Part shown: in pieces, positions 35,241 to 44,950 of the stretch
How positions within the stretch are numbered: position 1 is the first letter of the stretch
Layout: each line of letters starts with the position of its first letter
Origin: Cyanophora paradoxa CCMP329
Lineage: Eukaryota > Plantae > Glaucophyta
DNA length: 64,000 bases
Assembly (NCBI GenBank): GCA_004431415.1
Contig: QPMI01000007.1
Location: 21,532 to 85,531 of the forward strand
Direction of reading: 5' to 3'
The notes under the pieces: generated by a model
What the model saw: the letters and a program-made list of their open reading frames with translations, nothing else
What the model was told of the DNA's origin: nothing
Databases searched by the model: none
Translations under genes and position numbers: made by a program

Positions 35241-38200
35241 TCACGGGCTGAGGACGGGGATGGCCCACGAGGGGGAGGCGGCGGGCGGCTGCCCGCCGCC
35301 GTACGTGCAGCGGATGTGCACGTGGTACGTCCGCACGACCTGCCCCGACTCCGTGTAGGACCTGTTGCTCGGCTTTAGGGAGCGCGTGGGGCGGCGTCGG
35401 GCTCGAGGCTAGCTATAGGTGGACGAATATGTACCCGGGGGCGACGTAGGGGGAGAGGTGGACCGTGGAAAAGTCCTCGCGGCACGTCTGGTTCCAGAAG
35501 GCGTAGGGCGCCCCGTCGAGCGTCTGCATGCCCGCCGCCCCGAGCAGCGCGTCCCCCGCCGCCCCGAGCAGCGCGTCCCCCGCCGCCCCGAGCAGCGCGT
35601 CCCCCGCCGCCCCGAGCAGCGCGTCCCCCGCCGCCCCGAGCAGCGCGTCCCCCGCCGCCCGAGCAGCGCGTCCCCGCCGCCCCGAGCAGCGCGTCCCCCG
35701 CCGCCCGAGCAGCGCGTCCCCGCCGCCCGAGCAGCGCGTCCCCGCCGCCCCGAGCAGCGCGTCCCCGCCGCCCCGAGCAGCGCGTCCCCGCCGCCCGAGC
35801 AGCGCGTCCCCGCCCCGAGCAGCGCGTCCCGCCGCCCGAGCAGCGCGTCCCCCGCCGCCCCGAGCAGCGCGTCCCCGCCGCCCGAGCAGCGCGTCCCCCG
35901 CCGCCCCGAGCAGCGCGTCCCCCGCCGCCCGCACGACGACGCGGCACGCGGCCGCGTGGTCCGCGCACTCGTCGCTCATCGCGAAGCTGCGCAGCGCAGG
36001 TCATTCGGTCAGTCTGGAATCTCAGTCTTCTCGGCCGGGCGCACGGGAGTTTGACGGGGACGAGGGCGGGGCGGCCGCCGACGGCGCCCGCGAGCGCGGC
36101 GGGCTGGGGCGGCCCAAGCTGCCGCACGGCCGGCGGGTTCGCCCGCTGCACGTTGACAGTGACGGGGCAGTCGGAGCCGGCCGGGAAGCGGGACGAGTAG
36201 AGGCGCATCGCGTAGCTCTGGCCCACGACGAGCTGCGCGGGGGGCCGGGGTCAGGTTACGTTGACGCTGTACCCGGAGGTCATTGCAGAATTCGAAGCGG
36301 AAACGCACCTGGGTGCCCGCCGGGATGCTCTGCACGGTGCTCGCGTCCGCCGCGACGTGGCGCAGGCACGGCGTGGCGAAGAGGAGCCCGTCGCGCAGGT
36401 CGGGCGCGGGCGCCGTGCACTGCCCGCTCGGCACCGCCATCGTGCGCGTCCGAGGGGGGCAGACCGCCCCCGCGAAGGGGCCGTGGATGTCCGCGACGGT
36501 GATGGTGAAGGTGCAGCTGCCGCGCGGGCCGGCGCCCGACTGGTTGTCGATCGCGAAGGTCGCCGTGTACTTCCCTGTGCTGGAGCTCGGCAAGCCGGCG
36601 GCGGACCACGCGCCGGAGACGGGCGCGGCGATGGCGGGCAGGAGCGTCAGGTCGGCCCGCGGGCTCTGCGTCACGTTCACGCGCCCGCTCCAGTTGCCGA
36701 AGTTGACGAGGAGCTGCTTGAGGTCTGGCATGCGCGCGCCGCAGACCGACGCGGCCGACCCCGACGGCAGCGGCTCGAGCTTCTCCAGCGTGATGCCGCC
36801 CGGGCACTGCACGTCGTAGTACTGCGTCGGCGGCTGGTACGCGGGGCACGTCGAGCCGCCGGCGCCGGTGCCGCCGCTCGAGCTGCCGCCGCTGCCGCTG
36901 GTGGGAGGCCGCGGCCAGGGCCCCGCCCCGACGGTGTTGTTGCAGTCGGCGTCCGACACGACCAAAGCGAAGTCGCCTGAGGCAACGCAATTTCAGTGGC
37001 CTGCGTCACACACAGTGCCTTCGAGAAATCAACGCGGGGTGCACCAGTGCGGTTCGAATCGGCGGCGATGACCCCCTCAACCACGATGTAGAAGGGGGCC
37101 TGGGGCTGCAGCGTGTGGAAAGCCTCCGTGATCGTCATCTCGCAGCCCTGTGTCACTGCACAAGAGGCCCAGTAAAGCTCAGTAATTGAGCCGAATAGTT
37201 TATGAATTCAGATGAACACGGCCGCACCCGACTTCACGAGGCGGCTGGAGTTGCTGGTTGGGCATCCAATGTACGAGTAGATTGTTGGAACGAAGTCGAG
37301 ATCGATCGAACATACGGAAATGTAGACGCTCGTTCTGCGACGTTTGATGGGTCAGAGGCCGGCCGCGCAGTTGCAGATCTAGACGTCGAAGTTTGTTAGG
37401 ATGTTTCGCTCACGTGGTTCGGCGGATGTCGGAGACCTGAAAGATGGCGCGAATAGCCGCCCCCGCGTTCGGGAACCCGATGGAGGAGGCCAAGGGCCAG
37501 TCCTTCAGGCGCGATCGCGTCGTGCCGCAGAAGGGCGCATTGAGCGTCGGTACGGCCGCCGGGCAGAACGGGCCTGCGGAAACAGTTAGGTGTACCGTAG
37601 TACATGTAGACAAATATAAACCTCGCAATTGGAGCACGGGTTTCGCGCACGGTATTCTGGCACGACGCCTCGCGTGCAGTATGCAACTTTGTTTGGGTAG
37701 GAGAGAAGTGATAGATCCGCCGGGCGCCACGCATCAGCACAGGGACTGGGACAAGAATACATCTGGTGCGCTAGCAACACATAGTACTGGCCTGCCGATC
37801 GAAGGGAGTCAGATGCTCGGACGTCGAAACGTATTATAAAACTAAAGATAAGCGATCACCGGCGAGGAGTTCGGGGGGCAGCAAAAGTTCCATTGTTCCT
37901 CCGAAGCCGTTCAAAGAAACGCCCCCAAAATACGATATTGAAGAAACTGCAGAAGCTGGGAGAACGCGCGTGAGATTCCGAGTCGCTCGCTATTGAGACT
38001 TATAATTAAGCTTGCAGCTCACCAATCAGCCGGCCGCGGCGTGAAGCGTCGGCGGAGGTCAGGTTGGGGCAGCGGTCGAAGACCGCAAACGCTTTGAGGT
38101 TGTTTGTGCGCAGCGTGATCCTAAAGCTCCCCGAGCTGACGCCGAACGGGACACGGAAGCGCGCGACCATGAAGCGCGTCGTGCTGTGCACTGGCTGGAA

Positions 38201-41200
38201 ATTGACCATCGTCATGAGGAGAGCGTCGGGGTGCAAGGTGGAGGGTATCAGAGGGTTGATCGAGTTCGTCACGGTGCTCGTGACTGCGACCGACCCGCAC
38301 TCGAGCATGTCGAACGCCGGGTACGGGCACGTCTCGGTCTTCGAAAGCGGCAGGCTTACATCAAGACACCTGCGCATGCAACGCATGACACGCGATAGCT
38401 ATCATAATCAGCCAAAAGGATCGGAGACGGCCAAGTTAAGAGACGCACGTTCTGTCGTAGAGGGAGATGCCGAACAGGCCGTCGGTGCCCCTCCCGATCT
38501 GGTTGGGGTCGTCGGGTGCGACCCATCTCCCCTGGAAGAGCATGTAGTAGGTCCCGGGCTTGAGGAGGCCGTCCGCCGGGAGGGTGAAGGGCAGGTGGGA
38601 GGGGAGGAGGGGGTTGCCGATGTAGAACTTGTGGTAGATGCTCGAGACTTCGGTGCGGTAGACCTGGGGCACGAATCCAGCACTGGCAAATAAATTAGAG
38701 ATGGAACAGAACAACCCAGCACAAGCTTAAGGTGAGCAGTCTTGAGACTTCGCACCGGTCGCTTTCTACACGGAGCCTCGTCACGAAGACGCCGCCGCGC
38801 CGGGAGAGCGGGGAGGGTATGTCGATGACACCCGTCGATGGCCAGTTTGCCTGCGCATGCGAACGAATCGCCGAGTCAAGTGATCGCGATCTGTAGTGCA
38901 TGCGCAGCGACGCTGCCGCACCTCGTTGCGGTGGCCCCCCGTCCAGAGAACGGAAGTGGTCCCCGAAACCGTCGAGCACACGGACATCGGAGCGCCGAGC
39001 GCCGAGTAGTTGTAGGCAGCGGGACCCGGCTGGCTCGCCATCCCTGCGGCAAGCTGTTGAGCGGGAGCATTATTAATGTCTCGAAGGGCGTCGTCGTACC
39101 CGGAAAGCCGAGCTGCGTTGCGCTCGCGAGGCGGTTCGGCGTGTTGAGCTCGAGGCCGGCCGGGTCCAGCAGAGGCGGGGACCCCGAGACGAGCGCCGCC
39201 TCGACGTCCGAGGGCGACGCGGCGGGGAAGGCCTCGCGGTACAGGGCGGCAAGGCCCGCGACGACGGCGGCGGAGTACGAAGTGCCGTGCGCCACGCCGT
39301 GGTCGATTGTGTGGACGCCGTTCATCTCGGCGACCGGCGTGACGAAATACGCTGGAGAAGATGCTTAGAGGCTGTGTGCGTGCGTGAAAATACAAGAGGC
39401 GGACCTGGACACGCCGAGAGGACTCTGCGCTGCCTCGCGACTCGCATGTTCTGTCCGGGGGCGAGGAGGGAGACGCAGGGGCCCCAGTTCGAGAAGCCCG
39501 TGCGGAAGTCGTCCTGGTCGCTCGCGCCGACGTTGATGGCATTCGGCGAGTTGCCGGGCGGGTAGCGGCACGCGTCGGCGTCGTCGTTGCCCGCCGCCTG
39601 CGCCACCCTCGATCAGCGCGATTGCATGCGCGCACCGAGCAAACGCACCGTGATCACGACCGCTCCCGCCGCCCGCAGGCTGTGCGCCGCGGCGCGCATT
39701 ATCGATATCGTTCCGAATCTCTTATATATATATCTTAGGTCAGAAGAACCTCTCACCTCGAGAACGCCTCGGTGTACGCCGCGTTGATCGCGCTCGAGAG
39801 GGCGTCGCTGGCCTTCGTGGACGCGAGGCCCAGCAGGACGACCGCGGGGCGGCCCGGGCGCGACTGGATCCGCCTTAGCACGGCGTCCACACCGCCGATG
39901 ACGTCGGCGTCCGTCGCGACGGCTTTGCAGGCGCTGTTCGGGTCGGTCGTCGAGACGCGCTGGAAGACTTTGGCGGCGAGGACCGTCGCGTTGGGGGCGA
40001 CGCCGACGGTCCTCCCCGCGGCGATGGACGCGACGGCCGTGCCGTGCAGGTCTGCGTCGCAGTCAGCGGCCCAGGCGGCGCTCGTGTTGCCGTAGTTGCT
40101 GCTGTCCGCGTCGTAGAATCGGATCTGCGCGCGCAGCACATCATCACACACCGACATGAGCATCGCCGGCGCATGAGAAAGGAGGTACCGTGCGGTTTGC
40201 GAGCTCCGGGTGGGAGTCGACGACGCCCGTGTCCAGGACGTAGATGTCGACGCCGGTGCCCGTGAGGCCGCCCGGCTCGAAGCGCCCGTCGAGCGCGTTC
40301 GAGGCCTGGTCCAGCCTGCGCGGCGTTAACGTTGAATTTCGAGGGAATTCGAGGCCAGGGCCGCGGACCGGTCGAGGTGCCAGGGCCGGACTGCGGAGGC
40401 GTTCCACGGCACCAGCGAGGGGAAGACCGTCGTCAGGTCGAGCGGGAGCTCCGCGGGCCTCACGTGCTGCGTACGGATCGGAGCGCGGCCGTGATCAGCG
40501 GATCCGGAGGGAGAGTCGAGCGCGCGGCGGCGCGGCGGGCCGGGGCGCACCCCGACCGGGACGATGTACTTGATATCCTCGTGGGCGGCCAGCTCGTCTC
40601 GGATCTCCGGCGAGAGCCTTCGCGCGCGTCAGCTGCAGGCCGGGGCTCTGGGCCGGGCGCGTGTAGGGTCTGGGCAGCGGCGCACCGGGCGGAGAAGCCG
40701 CGCATGGCGTGGTGGTAGGAGCGGTGGAAGACGGCGTGGCCGGCGTCGGTGCCGTGGACGCCGCGGGCCCGGGCCCGGGCGTGCGCCTTGACCCGCTCCA
40801 CGTGCGCCCCCGCGTCGACGTTCTCCCGCGGGTGAAGGCCCTGCACGAGCGCGCGCACGCGTCAGGCTTGGTGTGCCGGCGAGGTCAAGCGTGGCGGAGG
40901 GCGCGCGCACGATGATGTACATCTGCTCGGAGGCGGCTCCGGTGTCTGCCTCGGGGCCCGAGCCCGGGCCGGGCCGGCCGGCGGTGGCGCCCGGCGCCGG
41001 CCGTGGCGCGCGTGCGGTCGGGGAATCGATGCCGGCGCAGCCGGGCCATGGCCATCGCCAAGGCCCGCAGTTTCCGCGTCCCTGCCGCGGCCGTCGCCCA
41101 GGGCGCCCTCGAGGCTTCGGACCCGCGTGGAGACCGTGTCAAGGACGCGGCGCAGCTCCAGCAGCTCCGCGCGCATCTGCGCCCGCTGATCCTCCGTTTG

Positions 41201-41449
41201 GCCGTGGCCGTGCACGTGGTCCTCAGCGCGCTGCTGCTGGCCATGGCCTGCTGCTGCATCGGAGCCCTCTGCGGCCGTTACGGAGCCTGCGACGAGGGCG
41301 AGGCAGACGAGCGCGCTCAACACGGCCGGCCGAAGGAGGCCCGACGAGCCGAATCCGGATCCGCGAGCCAGGAGCTGCCGCCGGCCGCGGACCGGCGCGC
41401 GCGCCGCACGGCCAGGTTCTGCACTCGCGCATCTCCCCATCTTCATCAT
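35241..41449 (-). CDS. Large secreted subtilisin-like (S8, proteinase K subfamily) protease with a long C-terminal extension
   Basis: Hydrophobic leader, I9-like propeptide (SYHHAMRGFSA), PWHLDRLDQ, triad motifs IYVLDTG / HGTAVA / GTSYS, AAGND, FSNWGPCVSLLAPG. The C-terminus has Cys/Thr-rich HYR-like segments (SCTFTITVADIHGP). Confidence 0.88.
35531..35930. repeat. Minisatellite, ~17 copies of a ~24-bp unit, filling an intron of the subtilisin gene
   Basis: The unit CCGCCGCCCCGAGCAGCGCGTCCC was counted 17 times with variable C-run lengths. It is bounded on the - strand by a GTGCGG donor and a TGCAG acceptor. Confidence 0.95.
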
Positions 41450-42168
41450 ACTGGTATCAGCGCGTCGGCGCAGCTGCTGACCCAGTGCTAGTCTGCTAGC
41501 TATCGCCGCGCGCGCGCGCGCTAGCGGCGCGGCTTAAGCTTGCACTAGTACTCGCGCGCGCGTGCGCGCTAGAGCAAGCTTAAGCTTGCTGCCAAGAATC
41601 TCATAATCAAGCTTGCAATTGCTGCAGGCTGCAGCCTGCAGGCTGCAGCCTCGAGCTCCCGCAGGGCCGCAGCCTCGAGCTCGGGGCCCGGGGCCGCAGC
41701 CCCGCAGGGCCGGCGCCGTCGCAGGCCCGTGGCCCCGCGGCCGTGGTAAAAGCTTCAAGGCCTTAAGCTCCATGCATGAATGCAAAACTGGCGTGTGTCC
41801 GCCAGGCAGTTAGGAGCTAGGCGGTCCCAGATGGGAGGCTCAGTGCTCCTGATGTCTGCGAGCACACGACCGGCGCGCTGGTGCGCGTGGAGCGGTGGTC
41901 TAGATCTTTTCGCGTGCGCCAGCCCGGGGTACACGATGTATGCGCCCCACCGTGCGGCCGGTGCGGCGCGGCTGGCGCCGGTACAATGGGTACATCCTTC
42001 CCGATCAAACCCTCAGCTCGCCAGCCGCGCGCCGTGCTTAGGCCTCGCGGCCGAAGAGATGGACCGCCGACCGTCCGAGCATCCATGAGCATCCGAGCAT
42101 CGCTGCCGACCGGAGAGACCGGCGCATGCCGACCATCTTCAAGGTTCAGAACGCGCCTCGTTTTCGCG

Positions 42169-43230
42169 CAGCCGCGCGCCTCGACCCGTCGCGCGACTTC
42201 GGCGCCTGTGGCCATGGCGCCCGACCGCAGCCCTCGCGCCGCGTGCGATCGATTCAGGCAGAGCAGCTACTGCACGCACTCTGGTGCCCCGAGCCGTACC
42301 GCCGCGCGCGTGTTCGGCGCCGCCGCCGCGTCCCTCCTCTCTCGCCTCACAACCGCCGCAGCAAGCGTTTGGAGCAGTTGTGACGCGCTCCGGACGGCGG
42401 CAGGACGCGCGGACGCGGCTTATGCGCGCCCGCGAGGCGAACGTCGTCTAGGCTCGGGCACACGCGGAGGCTGCGCGGGCCGCACCCGACCCCGCGCGAC
42501 CTAAGCGGACCCTTTCCTCGTCCCCGCCGCGTACGGGTGCGCTTCGGCCCGGCGCCGCCACCTTCGAGCCTGCTCCCCGCCCCTCTCACACCCGGCCAAA
42601 CAGTATTTTCGATGTACCCCTCCGCCACGGTGCCGCCGAAGCCCCGAAGGCACATCGCTGGAATCTTCTTTTCATTCCCGATCGAACGGTGTGCGGCACG
42701 CCGCCGGGGTGCATCCAAAGTACCCGTACCCCCCCTGCCCCTCCGGACTCTACCTTCGCCCCAGGACCCCGTTGAACTTTTGCCCGCCCCTCCCGAGCAC
42801 GGGGGATCCGATGGTGCGTGTCGCGCCGCCCGTAGCTGCATTCGCGAGGCGCTGGAACCGAGGGTGGCCCTCCGAGCAGGTACCCCGGCCCTCCCAGGGC
42901 GCGCCCCGCGGCCGGCGCGGAGCGCTCAGCCTCGGAGCCCCGTACCCACGAGCCCGAAGCGCTGGAGCCGAGCCCGACCCTCTCAGCAGGTACCCCGCCG
43001 GCACCCCCGAGACCTGCCCCGCGGCCGGAAGGCCCCTCCCCTCGCCTCGGGCGCTCTGTGAGCTTTGGACGCCCGGCGCGGACCGCGGAGGAGGGGGCGG
43101 GGTCGCTGGCGCGCCTGGCGCGGAGGAGGGGGCGGGGGGAGGCCGGAGGCGCGGGCGGCGGGCGCCCCGGGCCCGGCCTCCCGTCTCCCGCGCCATCGCC
43201 GGCGGGCGGCCGTCACCCTCGCGCCCCCTT
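42169..43230. repeat. Dispersed repeat A, copy 1 (~1 kb, probable non-autonomous element or segmental duplicate)
   Basis: The core (42486-42650) is near-identical to 50122-50286; homology to ~49690-50795 decays outward; same orientation. Confidence 0.8.
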
Positions 43231-43909
43231 CGAGGCGCCGCGGCGCTCGCAGGGCGCAGCGGCTCGCGCGGCGGCGCTGCTGCCCGACGCCGCCCCTTCT
43301 CGTCCGTCCCTCCGGCCGTCCGGGGAGCCCCTGCCCCGTCCTTCAGCCCCGGGCCCGGGCGGCGGCGCGGGAGGAGGTGAGGCCGTCCGCGCGACGGCCG
43401 GCGCGCCGCCGGCCTCTGGCGAGAAGGCCACCGCCGCGCCGGCTCCGCCGCGCCGCCGCGCGCGAGAGACGTCTTCGGGCGCTGCTGGTGTTAGACTCGG
43501 CGCTGCAGCGGCGCCCCCCCGGAGAATCCTGGGACCTTCAAGTTCTTCCAGGTACCCCCGTCCGTCCCTTCCTTCTTTCTCCCCCCCCTACCCCCCTCTC
43601 CCCTCTTCCCGACTCGCGCGCGGGTGCGGCGCAAGTACAGGGGGGAGGGTATCGGCGCTGCGCCCCTCCATTCCGGTGCCGCCCCCCGCCCGGGCTGATC
43701 CCGCCCTGCTGATCCCGCTGCCGATCCCCGCTCCCAGGCACCGCAAGGGCGCGGCGGAGGCGGGCGCGGCGGAAGGGCCGCCCCCCTCGCAGGCCTCCTT
43801 TCTGTTTCTTTCCCTCTTTTCCTCTTGGCCCCGGAGCTCTGGATCCCCAGAGCTCTGGATCGGGGTCGGGGGCTTGCCCCAGAGCTCTGGATCCCCCGGG
43901 CGGCCCGGG

Positions 43910-44020
43910 CCTTTTAACAGTCAGTTTTTCCCATATTACGAAAAGTCACACTTAAGCTTAATATTGACAGCTCCCTTCCTTCTCAGTTTGCACAGACCTT
44001 TGGCACCCACGTCTTAAAGC

Positions 44021-44054
<34 letters not shown>

Positions 44055-44369
44055 TGTAAATCCTACCTTTAAAAATTTGTCCACAGACACCTTCCGCGTC
44101 CCGCAGCTGTTCACTACCTTTCGATTAATCACTTTCAGAACGCGGGACATTAGAAGGTGTAGGTGGGTCCTCAGAGTCCTGTCAGGCCGCAAGCCTTGCT
44201 CCAATGCTTGAGAGTCTGCGCGATGTGTTTTTTCCTCAGTTGCCCAATGCCCTGTACAATACTCAAAACAGTTATCTCTGAGCCTAGATTTGCAGCTAGT
44301 CGTTTTCAGGAGTTTGTACACTTATCCCAGTGACCTTGCAGTTCCTCTGTTCAATTTCTTAGTACAGGT
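43910..44369. mobile_element. Dispersed repeat B, copy 2
   Basis: Aligns with 34100-34520 and carries an expanded poly-C run and small insertions. Confidence 0.8.
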
Positions 44370-44675
44370 ACCCGCGCCCGGTTGTGGACCCTGACCACCA
44401 GCGGGCCGGGGACCAGGCTGGGGCCAGCTGCAGGCCGCGCCGGGCCGGGCCAGGTTGGAACGGGAAGTATTAGTATATATATTGAGAGAGGAACTTCGGC
44501 CGGGGCCGGGGTAGTTAGGCAGGGGCGGATCCGGCTGGGCAGATCACGGGGTCAAGGGCCGGGCGTCGACGTCGTTTGATTGCAAATGAGGCAAACGTTA
44601 ACTAGCTTAATTAAATGAAAGTATTTCAAGGCGCTCATCTGTCAGTGAATTCGACTCGGCAAATGTTTTATTGTA

Positions 44676-44757
44676 ATAATTGTTTATTAATATTTTTTTT
44701 TTGGTGAATTACCGGCCACAGTATCTAGACACCAGCACATAATTGTTTATTAATATT
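44676..44757 (-). terminator. Duplicated AATAAA-containing 19-mer downstream of the TRP gene (putative polyadenylation signals)
   Basis: ATAATTGTTTATTAATATT occurs at 44676 and 44739 and reads ...AATAAA... on the - strand, ~200-270 bp after the stop codon. Confidence 0.45.
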
Positions 44758-44950
44758 GTTTTTTGAATGCATACAAATCATGAACTTCTCCCTGAGGCGC
44801 TGGAGAAAGCCTTGCCAGCAAGTTGAAGGCAAGATGAATACCCGCGCATACCCACGCGTATGTAGCTTAAGCTTGGCCTCGACTCGTTGGAAAACAGACG
44901 ATAGGACAAAGCAACGTTAACAGACAGGGTCTGAGACGACGGGAGCTTCT

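Noticed and set aside
35531-35930. CRISPR-like array
   Set aside because: The units are head-to-tail with no unique spacers, there are no cas genes, and the context is a eukaryotic intron.
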